From Pseudobdellovibrionaceae bacterium (GTDB lineage: Bacteria > Bdellovibrionota > Bdellovibrionia > Bdellovibrionales > Bdellovibrionaceae), in NCBI GenBank assembly GCA_041288045.1, contig JBGGMM010000244.1, positions 1-14,662 on the forward strand: a stretch of 14,662 nucleotides of DNA. Direction: 5' to 3'. The notes below the pieces were generated by a model. It searched no databases. It saw only the letters and a list, made by a program, of their open reading frames with translations, and was not told the origin of the DNA. The translations under genes and the position numbers were made by a program. This document shows, one piece after another, positions 7,433 through 14,662 of this stretch. Position 1 is the stretch's first letter. Each line of letters starts with the position of its first letter.

Positions 7433-8839
7433 CTATTCGGCTGATTCAGGCATAATCACCAAATCCACACGGCGATTCTGCGCTCGGCCTTCAGAAGTAC
7501 GGTTGGTGACAATGGGATATTGAAATCCATAACCTTGGGCCTCAATTTCTGGTGCTTGAGCTTCAACCCCACCGCTTCGCCGGTCGAGATCTTGTTCCAA
7601 AAATTGAGCGACGGATTCAGCTCGCTCCTGCGAAAGTTTTTGATTCACAGAAGCACTGCCAGTGGCATCGGTATGTCCTTCGACAACGACCCGACTGGTG
7701 GGAAATTCTTGAATGATGTCCTTGGCTTTGTTGAGCACTTTGAAAGAAGCCGAAGGAATATCAGATCCTCCAGTGGGGAACCGAATGGATTTTAAGCGAA
7801 CGATCAAATTATCTCCCTGTCGATAGACATCAGCTTCTTCAGGTGCGAAGCGATTTTGTGCATTGGCATAAATGCGACTGAGGTTTTGTTCCATGGATAA
7901 TTTTTTTGAAGCTGTACTGGCCGATCTTCGTGCCTCACCAGTGGCCCGTCGAGCCGCTTCCAGTTTGGCGGCTTGCAAAGCTCGATCTTCATTCAGCCGA
8001 TTGATTCGCTCTTCTTGCGCGACGATTTGAATGGCAAGAGGCTCATTGCCAGAGCCACCGGATTGTTTCGAAATTTTTGTCACTTTCAAAAGGCGCTGAG
8101 CTTCTTTGGTGACATCAGTTGCCGTGGCAGTGATCAAAGCATCATTTCGGCGATCGGCTTCAATGATTTTTTCGGCATTGGCTAATTTGGCCTGAGCTTT
8201 TTTGTAACTCTTGGGCGCATATCTTTCAGCCCCCATTTTTTTGGCTCCAGCGATCATCGATTGAGCATCACCTAAACGAGTGGTCTTCAGTCCTTTCACT
8301 TCCAACTCGAGATACATCTGTCGTAATTTGGATCTGTCATTTTGAGAGACATTGGCACTGCCACTTCGCTCGAAATCATCGGTGTTGTTCATGAGTTTTT
8401 CATCCGCCTTTTGCAAATCATTTCGATGGTGAATGGCAGCTCCAGCAATCAGTGCATTTTCCCTGGCGTCGGCTATTTCGGGCAGTGCTTTCAAAGAGCG
8501 ATTGGCAACAATTTTTGCTTGTTCAAATTCAGCTCTGGCGTTGGCCAGTTCTTTTAAAACCTGTTCATTGGATTTTCCACGCTCTTGATAGTCTTTGGCT
8601 TTCACCCAGGATTTGCTCGCAGATGTATAACTGCGAGGAGCAAAGACAGCAATCTGTTCACTTTCAGCTTGCTCCATTTCGGCGCGGAGAATTCGAAGTT
8701 CATCTGACGGATTGGCAGTCGGACTGTAGACGAAGTTTTTTTCAGGCTTCGATGCGCAGGCGACAAAGAACATGCAGATACCACACAGAAACATCAGTCG
8801 AAATAAAAACCCAGGCTCTTGGTCTCTCGTTTCTTCCAT
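7433..8839 (-). CDS. Putative lipoprotein with three DUF4398-like helical repeats and a C-terminal OmpA-like peptidoglycan-binding domain
   Basis: 468 aa with strong SD AGGAGG (8850-8845) and lipobox FVAC (Cys28). OmpA_C motifs: IRFPTG, VEGHTDATG...NQKLSQERAESV, GYG..YP...N...EGRAQNRRVDLVI. N-terminal Ala-rich helical units have a ~70-aa period. Confidence 0.9.
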   Translation of the reverse strand: MEETRDQEPGFLFRLMFLCGICMFFVACASKPEKNFVYSPTANPSDELRILRAEMEQAESEQIAVFAPRSYTSASKSWVKAKDYQERGKSNEQVLKELANARAEFEQAKIVANRSLKALPEIADARENALIAGAAIHHRNDLQKADEKLMNNTDDFERSGSANVSQNDRSKLRQMYLELEVKGLKTTRLGDAQSMIAGAKKMGAERYAPKSYKKAQAKLANAEKIIEADRRNDALITATATDVTKEAQRLLKVTKISKQSGGSGNEPLAIQIVAQEERINRLNEDRALQAAKLEAARRATGEARRSASTASKKLSMEQNLSRIYANAQNRFAPEEADVYRQGDNLIVRLKSIRFPTGGSDIPSASFKVLNKAKDIIQEFPTSRVVVEGHTDATGSASVNQKLSQERAESVAQFLEQDLDRRSGGVEAQAPEIEAQGYGFQYPIVTNRTSEGRAQNRRVDLVIMPESAE

Positions 8840-8914
8840 GGAAACCTCCTCATTTAGTCAATCACACCGAGAAGTGTTTCCACTGTCCAGCCAACGAAAA
8901 ACTTTGGCATCGCA

Positions 8915-8943
8915 TTCATACAGACAACACTAGGCCTTGTCAG
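8915..8943 (-). promoter_or_regulatory. Possible sigma70-type promoter for the OmpA-domain gene and downstream ftsQAZ
   Basis: CTGACA (8943-8938), 17 nt, TATGAA (8920-8915), within the largest spacer inside the cluster (164 bp). The -10 box lacks the conserved final T, so this is weak. An AT-rich palindrome GAAATTT-TT-AAATTTC lies upstream at 8963-8978. Confidence 0.25.
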
Positions 8944-9003
8944 AATGACCCCTGCAATGAACGAAATTTTTAAATTTCAGGTCTTGAATTTCGAAAACTG
9001 AGG

Positions 9004-9453
9004 TTAATTTTTGGCGTGCACGAAGACGGCCCGCATCTGCAAAGAGCAGAAAATATAGAAGACCAAGGGGATGTAAATCCCGACAGAAAAAGTTCGATCA
9101 GAAATATCTTTCGACAATTCATCAACAACCACAAATGCACAGGCCGCGATAAAAACTCCAAATAATAAAGTCCAAATCCACGACCGCAAATTTCGCTGTT
9201 GATCCCATCCGAAAAGTGGAGCTCCAGAAGGATAAGAATTTTTCTTTACGCTAAGAAAAATATTGAAACAAATCCATAAAACCAGCCACACGACGTACAT
9301 CGGAATCAGAACCAAAGACGATGAATCAGCATCTGAATTTGTGACATGTGCCGAGAGGTTATAGGAAAGTTCCAAGGTCACTCCCAATGGCAGGGACCAC
9401 CAGACCAGATTGACGAGTGTGATAAACTTTCTTCGGCTTTCGGGAAGTCTCAT
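9004..9453 (-). CDS. Hypothetical integral membrane protein (~4 TM helices)
   Basis: 149 aa with four hydrophobic, aromatic-rich segments. Its ATG overlaps the murB TAA (TAATG, 9455-9451), and it is on the operon strand. No family recognised. Confidence 0.75.
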   Translation of the reverse strand: MRLPESRRKFITLVNLVWWSLPLGVTLELSYNLSAHVTNSDADSSSLVLIPMYVVWLVLWICFNIFLSVKKNSYPSGAPLFGWDQQRNLRSWIWTLLFGVFIAACAFVVVDELSKDISDRTFSVGIYIPLVFYIFCSLQMRAVFVHAKN

Positions 9454-10337
9454 TAAAATCCCAACCGAACCACTTCGGTCTGAAGCTGCACACCCTTTAG
9501 CGCAAGCACGGTTTTTTGCACATGCTCAATCACTTGCAAAATATCGCTGGCTGTCGCATTTCCTAGATTAACGATGAAATTGGCGTGTTTTTGAGAAACT
9601 TGAGCTCCACCGATTGTGAAGCCTTTAAGATGAGACGAATCAATCAACTGCGCAGCTTTGTGCCCTTGTGGATTCACGAAAACCGAGCCGCAACTGGGCA
9701 TATCCAATGGCTGTTTGCTGAGGCGGGTTTTGTTGGCTTGCTTGACCTGATCTAAAATTGTGGGATCTGGCTGCACTGGCCATTTCAATCCCACAGCTGT
9801 AATGATGCCAGGTTGCCAGCCATTGGAATGGCGGTAGGTCCATTGGATTTCGGATTGTGAGTATTTTTGGATTTTTCCATCGGGCTTGAGGACTTCGACC
9901 CAGTCGGTGATTTCGACGAATTCTCTTGGCTTGAATGATTCGCCGACACCGGCGTTCATGACCACTCCACCACCGACGTCACCTGGAAGGCCTGCAAGAA
10001 AAAGTGCCGGAGCTAGCTTGGCTTTGAGGAAAATTTTGAGAAGTTCTGATTTGCTCGATCCTGAAAGAGCTGTGATCTTCAGTTGCCCTTGCTCTTCCAT
10101 GACTTGCGTTCCGTTGAAATTTTTTAGAACAAGCACCAGCCCCGGAATTCCCTGATCCGCAATCAAGACATTGCTACCACCACCAAGCACTGTGACTTTG
10201 AGGTTTCGCTTCTGCGCCCACTCTTGCGCTTCTTTGATTTCATCTAGCGATTTAGGCAGAGCCAAAAACTCTGCAGGTCCGCCGACAAGCCAAGAAGTGT
10301 AAGGTGCTAGATTGATTTTCTCTTTGATTTCAATCAT
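9453..10337 (-). CDS. murB: UDP-N-acetylenolpyruvoylglucosamine reductase (short, type II-like)
   Basis: VGGPA, LGGGSNVL, GLPGDVGGGVVMNAG, YRHS, KQPLDMPSCGSVFVNP, KHANFIVN, LQTEV. Start moved to ATG 10337 (294 aa), which gives an ATGA overlap with the murC stop. Confidence 0.96.
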   Translation of the reverse strand: MIEIKEKINLAPYTSWLVGGPAEFLALPKSLDEIKEAQEWAQKRNLKVTVLGGGSNVLIADQGIPGLVLVLKNFNGTQVMEEQGQLKITALSGSSKSELLKIFLKAKLAPALFLAGLPGDVGGGVVMNAGVGESFKPREFVEITDWVEVLKPDGKIQKYSQSEIQWTYRHSNGWQPGIITAVGLKWPVQPDPTILDQVKQANKTRLSKQPLDMPSCGSVFVNPQGHKAAQLIDSSHLKGFTIGGAQVSQKHANFIVNLGNATASDILQVIEHVQKTVLALKGVQLQTEVVRLGF

Positions 10338-11692
10338 GAGATTTTTTCTAAGACTTCCATCCCGACTTTCCACCCATCCCCAGCTCCGAGAGTGATAAAA
10401 ACATCGCCAGATTTGAGTTGCGAAGCGATTTTCGTCGAAAGCTCTGGATTTTTTGGCAGGTACTGACAGTTGGCGTGCTTCACTTCGGAAGACAGCTTTT
10501 CAGAGGTGATTCCAGCAATGGGGGCCTCACCGGCTGCATAGATATCCGTCAGCAAAAGCAAATCGCATTGGACGAAGCAGGTCGTGAAATCATGCCAGCA
10601 GCTTTCGGTGCGCGAATAGCGGTGCGGTTGAAACATCACCACCAGGCGCCGATCCGGAAATTTTTCGCGAAAGCCCTGCAAAGCGGCTCGCACTTCGGTG
10701 GGATGATGACCATAGTCATCGTAAACGAGAATGCCTTTTTTCTCGCCTTTGAAATGAAACCGGCGATCGACGCCTTCAAATTTCAAAAGACCTTTCTTGC
10801 AGTCCTCAAAACTAAATCCCGCTTTCAATCCAGCAGCAACAGCTGCAACCGCATTCAGAGCATTGTGCTTTCCGGGAACTTTCAATTCAAAATCCCCGAG
10901 CTTTTTGCGACCGGTTTGAGTGTTTTCAAACAGTTCGTATTTGCCCTTTTCGCCTTGGATCACCAAATCATTCTGCGAATCAAAGCCGTAGAACAAAATC
11001 CGCTTCGGAAAATTTTCAAAAATCTGGCGAACGATGGGATCATCCCCACAGACAATGCAGATTCCATAAAATGGGACTTTGTGCGCAAAATTCACGAAAG
11101 AGCTCTGCAGATTTTCAAAAGATTTAAAATAATCCAAATGATCCGAATCAATATTGGTAATAATCGCAATTTCTGGCGTGAGCTTTTGAAAACTGCCGTC
11201 GCTCTCATCTGCTTCCGCCACCAGCCATTCGCCATTGCCAAGAAGGGCGGTGGATTTGATCAGATCAAATCGTCCCCCCACCACAATGGTCGGATTGGCT
11301 TTCGCTTCGAGAAAAATCGAAGCCGCCATCGAAGTCGTCGTCGTTTTGCCATGAGTCCCCGCCACTGCCACCCCGCGCTTGAGCCGCATGATTTCAGCCA
11401 AAGCTTCGGCTCGCGGAATCAGGGGAATCTGCTTTGCTCTCGCCTGCTGCACTTCGGGATTCGAAGTCTGCACCGCGCTGGAAAAAACCACCACATCGGC
11501 ATCGCCGACATTTTCAGCTTTGTGCCCACGAAAAACTGGAATGCCCAGATCTTTCAATCTCTCCGTATTGGTATTTTCAGAAAGATCACTGCCACTGACT
11601 TTGGCTCCCATATTGTGCAAAAGCTCCGCAAGGCCGCACATGCCAATCCCACCAATGCCGACAAAATGAAATTTAGTTTTATCCAGTTGCAT
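10334..11692 (-). CDS. murC: UDP-N-acetylmuramate--L-alanine ligase
   Basis: 452 aa with HFVGIGGIGM, GSD, P-loop GTHGKTTTT, EADESD, TNIDSDHLD, GVDRRF, DDYGHHPTE, FQPHRYSRT and LGAGD. Confidence 0.98.
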   Translation of the reverse strand: MQLDKTKFHFVGIGGIGMCGLAELLHNMGAKVSGSDLSENTNTERLKDLGIPVFRGHKAENVGDADVVVFSSAVQTSNPEVQQARAKQIPLIPRAEALAEIMRLKRGVAVAGTHGKTTTTSMAASIFLEAKANPTIVVGGRFDLIKSTALLGNGEWLVAEADESDGSFQKLTPEIAIITNIDSDHLDYFKSFENLQSSFVNFAHKVPFYGICIVCGDDPIVRQIFENFPKRILFYGFDSQNDLVIQGEKGKYELFENTQTGRKKLGDFELKVPGKHNALNAVAAVAAGLKAGFSFEDCKKGLLKFEGVDRRFHFKGEKKGILVYDDYGHHPTEVRAALQGFREKFPDRRLVVMFQPHRYSRTESCWHDFTTCFVQCDLLLLTDIYAAGEAPIAGITSEKLSSEVKHANCQYLPKNPELSTKIASQLKSGDVFITLGAGDGWKVGMEVLEKIS

Positions 11693-11712
11693 GAAAATCC
11701 CCGGTTCTCTTT

Positions 11713-12789
11713 TTACGTTTCAAGAATGGCTTTGGCAATGGCCTCTGCCGCTTTCGGTCGGTGAAATTTTCGAATATTGGCTTTCAATTTCTCTCTCAAA
11801 GCCGGATTCTGCCGAAGAGTTTCAATTTCATTGATCAATTTCTCTGGCGTCAGATCCTTCTGCAAAATCATCCGAGCTGCCTCTGCCTTGACCAGCATTT
11901 CAGCATTTTTCTCCTGATGCCCATCAGCAGCTGGCAGTGGAATGACAATGGCTGGAAGCCCAAAAGCCGCCAATTCATTCAAAGTGCTCGCGCCCCCACG
12001 ACAAACCACCAAATCCGCCCACTCATAAAAATCCGGCATATTGTAAATGAACTCATGAACTTCAACCAAAGATTCAAAACCTTTGTAGCGCTCAAGAAAA
12101 TCAGCGTGATCCAAAGCTCCGGTTTGATGAACGACTTTCAGATTTTCAGTCCAAGCTCCGCCTTTTTTCAAAGCCGAGTGCAAATTGCGGCCAATGATTC
12201 GTGACCCCTGGCTGCCGCCATAATGAAGCAAGTGAAATTTTTCATCCGATCTAGGTCGATGGGTCGCTTCTTTTTCCATTTCCGCTCGAACTGGCATCCC
12301 AAACACAATCGAATTCGGATTTTTCAAAAGCGCTTTCGAATCTTCAAAAACCAAAAAACATTTCTGAACAAATTGCGCCAGCCATCGATTGGCCATTCCT
12401 GGATAAGCATTCGCTTCCCAAATCGCTGTCTTTTTCCCGAGCAGCACTGCCGCCAACAGAAAAGGACCCGAGGCATAGCCACCCACACCCAAAACAAAAG
12501 AAGGATTATGTTTCAATATCAGCGCGAAAGATTGAAACAGTCCCAAGGGAAGTTTGATCAGAGTTTTCAATTTTCGCAGTGGATTGCCAGCAAAGTTGAG
12601 CTGCCCCCCATGAATCAAATGAATGGGAATCTTTTCTTTGGAAACAATTTTGCTCTCAAGCCCCTGAGCGGTGCCAACAAACTGAATTTCAACGTTGGGA
12701 TCCAGCTTTTGCAAAGCTCTGGCAATGGCCAGGCCCGGATAAATATGTCCACCGGTGCCGCCACCGGCGATCATGATCACTTTTTTCAT
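11713..12789 (-). CDS. murG: Undecaprenyl-PP-MurNAc-pentapeptide GlcNAc transferase
   Basis: 358 aa with GGGTGGHIYP, GGYAS, GGSQG, RGGASTLNE and HQEKNA. Located between ftsW and murC. Confidence 0.97.
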   Translation of the reverse strand: MKKVIMIAGGGTGGHIYPGLAIARALQKLDPNVEIQFVGTAQGLESKIVSKEKIPIHLIHGGQLNFAGNPLRKLKTLIKLPLGLFQSFALILKHNPSFVLGVGGYASGPFLLAAVLLGKKTAIWEANAYPGMANRWLAQFVQKCFLVFEDSKALLKNPNSIVFGMPVRAEMEKEATHRPRSDEKFHLLHYGGSQGSRIIGRNLHSALKKGGAWTENLKVVHQTGALDHADFLERYKGFESLVEVHEFIYNMPDFYEWADLVVCRGGASTLNELAAFGLPAIVIPLPAADGHQEKNAEMLVKAEAARMILQKDLTPEKLINEIETLRQNPALREKLKANIRKFHRPKAAEAIAKAILET

Positions 12790-12833
12790 TATTCCAATCT
12801 ATCCTCGAATAGGTCCTGGACTCAATCTTATCT

Positions 12834-13961
12834 TCACTGTGCTTTGCGAGGTCGCAGAAAGGGATTTGCAGGTTCTTCCAAAAGATTTTTTTCTATATTC
12901 AGAAGAAGACCAAACATCAAACACAAAGTCAGAAGCGAACTTCCGCCATAACTTAAAAATGGCAGAGTCAGTCCCTTCGTCGGCAGAAGACCCATCACCA
13001 CTCCGGCATTGATGAAAACACTCAATGCAAAAGTCATTGAGATGCCAAGTGCCAAAGATTTTCGAAAAGGACTGTCCGTCCGAGAAGCAATTTGAAATCC
13101 CCGCAGAATCACAAATCCATACAGAGCTAGAAGACAGAGAAAGCCAACAAAGCCCATCTCTTCACCAAAAACTGCCAAAGTGAAATCCGTGTGAGCTTCG
13201 GGCAAAAAGAAAAGCTTCCCCTGCCCTTGCCCGAGACCCGCCCCCGTAAATCCGCCCGAATGAAAACTGAGCATGGATTGAATGACTTGAAATCCCTTTT
13301 GCTCAGGATCGGCCCAAGGATCCAAAAATCCAAGAACTCGGTCCCGGCGATAGGGAACTCGCATGACCAGCAGATAAAAAGCCGGGATCACCATGGCCAT
13401 GGAGACGATGATGTAGCGCCATTTCAAACCAAAAGCGAAGAGCAGTCCAATTCCAACACAAATAATAATGGCAAAGCTGCCAAAGTCCGGCTGTTTTAGA
13501 AGAAGCAATAATGGCAGCGCGATGAGAGCCAGAATCGCCCACCATTTCCATTTTCCTAAAAGATTGTTGTCTCGAGCCAAAATGCTGGCGAATAAAATCG
13601 AAAACCCAAATTTCAACACTTCCGAGGGTTCAAAGCGAACTCCGAAAGGCAATTGAATCCAGCGAACAGCGCCGCCAACTCGAACTCCAAAACCTGGAAT
13701 AAACGTGGCTGCCACTGCCATCCCGGCTCCCAACCAAATCGTCCATCCCCATTTTTCAACCCACTGAATCGGAATTTGAGCTGCCAGCAAAAGAACACTG
13801 AAAGCTAAAGCGGAAAAGCTGAGCTGACGCATGAAAAAAAACAAACCGTCGCCAAAGGACTCGGTCGCAAAAATAAAACTGGATGAATAAACTTGAACAA
13901 GCCCGCAACCCAGTAAGGTCAAGATCGCAAGCAGAAGAGGGCTTGAAAGATGTTTATGCAT
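12834..13961 (-). CDS. ftsW: SEDS-family peptidoglycan polymerase FtsW
   Basis: 375-aa multi-TM protein with VYSSS, GAVRWI, FEPSE..K, KQPDFGS, GFQVIQS, FLPEAHTDF and LPTKGLTLPFLSYGGSS. Located in the dcw cluster upstream of murG. Confidence 0.97.
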   Translation of the reverse strand: MHKHLSSPLLLAILTLLGCGLVQVYSSSFIFATESFGDGLFFFMRQLSFSALAFSVLLLAAQIPIQWVEKWGWTIWLGAGMAVAATFIPGFGVRVGGAVRWIQLPFGVRFEPSEVLKFGFSILFASILARDNNLLGKWKWWAILALIALPLLLLLKQPDFGSFAIIICVGIGLLFAFGLKWRYIIVSMAMVIPAFYLLVMRVPYRRDRVLGFLDPWADPEQKGFQVIQSMLSFHSGGFTGAGLGQGQGKLFFLPEAHTDFTLAVFGEEMGFVGFLCLLALYGFVILRGFQIASRTDSPFRKSLALGISMTFALSVFINAGVVMGLLPTKGLTLPFLSYGGSSLLTLCLMFGLLLNIEKNLLEEPANPFLRPRKAQ

Positions 13962-13967
13962 AAAGGC

Positions 13968-14345
13968 CTAATCGATAGTTTCGGCTTTAGAGGCATCGTC
14001 TTTCTTGGCAGGTTCCGCCGGCTTTTTCTTATCGAAAACAGCTGTCGGTGCGGCGCCTTTCGGAGCTGCAATCGAGCAGCAATAGATCACACCATTATTT
14101 TCAGTCGGAGTTTTATACTGAGTCAGAGAAAAAGGCTTTTCAGGATCACAGCGCTTGGCCATTTCCAAATTCAAAGCAATATCCAAATCCGGATAAATTT
14201 CGCCATTCACAAAGTCACAGTAAAATTTGGAGGCCTGAGCGGCTTTGTCCCGTTGGTCCTTGCGCTCCTTGATTTTGTTGGAAGCACAGGCCGAGAGAAT
14301 CATCAAAGATGATAGAACGATGAGCGTGCGAGCTGTTTGAGACAT
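13968..14345 (-). CDS. Hypothetical lipoprotein (125 aa, four extra cysteines)
   Basis: The true start is most likely ATG 14345 with SD AGGAGG at 14357-14352. Signal peptide MSQTARTLIVLSSLMILSAC has a textbook LSAC lipobox (Cys20). Further Cys at 43, 66, 89 and 90, then a K/A/P/D-rich tail. Confidence 0.85.
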   Translation of the reverse strand: MSQTARTLIVLSSLMILSACASNKIKERKDQRDKAAQASKFYCDFVNGEIYPDLDIALNLEMAKRCDPEKPFSLTQYKTPTENNGVIYCCSIAAPKGAAPTAVFDKKKPAEPAKKDDASKAETID

Positions 14346-14403
14346 CCTTGTCCTCCTAAAAAGGGATCGCCGCCAAGTGACGCAAATCACCACGTGATTC
14401 GGA

Positions 14404-14662
14404 TCATCGAAATTTGCGAACGATCTCTTTAAAATAGTCTCCCCGCTCTTCGAAGCTGTCAAACATATCGAAGCTGGAACATCCAGGAGACAGCAGAACG
14501 ATGTCACCGATCCTCGACTTTTGGTAAGCAATCAAAACCGCTTCTTCAAAAGTCCCGATCAAGAAAGTTTCAGAGAAATCCCCCAGATCGCGATTGATCC
14601 GCTCTTTGGCTTCACCGACCAGGATCAAAGTCTTGACCTTTCTCTTCCCAGAACTGCGAAGC
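14404..14662 (-). CDS. murD: UDP-N-acetylmuramoyl-L-alanine--D-glutamate ligase, C-terminal fragment (truncated by the window edge)
   Basis: The frame is open to the window end (LRSSGKRKVKTLILVGE...) and carries the MurD C-terminal signature GDIVLLSPGCSSFDMFDSFEERGDYF. Confidence 0.95.
   Translation of the reverse strand, partial: LRSSGKRKVKTLILVGEAKERINRDLGDFSETFLIGTFEEAVLIAYQKSRIGDIVLLSPGCSSFDMFDSFEERGDYFKEIVRKFR

Noticed and set aside
8878..8920. Sigma54-like TGGC boxes on both strands of the ompA upstream spacer
   Set aside because: Neither has the required GC at the -12 position (GG-N10-GC spacing fails).
602..9161. Remaining short alternative-frame and antisense ORFs in the track
   Set aside because: All overlap well-supported genes and lack an RBS or recognisable motifs.
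10338..10373. Extra 12 N-terminal residues on MurB
   Set aside because: They would overlap murC by 40 nt. ATG 10337 gives a standard ATGA coupling and a normal MurB N-terminus.
10418..11764. 448-aa + strand ORF antisense to murC
   Set aside because: It is in exact codon register with murC (offset 84 nt), so it stays open whenever murC avoids TTA, CTA and TCA codons. The translation has no recognisable motifs. Treated as a shadow ORF despite its length.
11761..12951. 147-aa and 242-aa + strand ORFs antisense to murG
   Set aside because: Same in-register shadow effect (offsets 48 and 510 nt from the murG end), with no protein-like features.
14385..14399. AATCAC-CAC-GTGATT hairpin after the murD stop
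   Set aside because: Only 6 bp, AT-rich and without a U-tract, too weak to call a terminator.
14346..14531. N-terminal extension of the 187-aa ORF in the track
   Set aside because: It overlaps murD in another frame. The SD and lipoprotein signal peptide identify ATG 14345 as the start.

Overview
Core-genome window, most likely from a Bdellovibrionota (Bdellovibrio-like) bacterium. This assignment is inferred from protein features and gene order and was not verified by a search. The + strand carries nadK-recN (17-2629). It converges on the distal half of a division/cell-wall (dcw) cluster on the - strand: murD (partial), a Cys-rich lipoprotein, ftsW, murG, murC, murB, a 4-TM hypothetical protein, a lipoprotein with three helical repeats plus an OmpA-like domain, ftsQ, ftsA, ftsZ and an LpxH-like phosphoesterase. 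I found no tRNA, rRNA, CRISPR array, transposase, integrase or reverse transcriptase, and I cannot claim a complete new system. The best leads are: (1) the 271-bp recN/lpxH spacer, packed with perfect hairpins, a cloverleaf and a possible switch pairing but lacking canonical terminators; (2) three non-canonical envelope genes in the dcw cluster, two of them in the slot usually held by ddl; (3) a GNHD-type LpxH-like gene translationally coupled to ftsZ where E. coli has lpxC; (4) competing hairpins over the ftsQ ribosome-binding site; (5) a 10-aa tandem duplication at the RecN Q-loop; (6) a ~200-aa FtsZ linker with an ordered-looking helical module.
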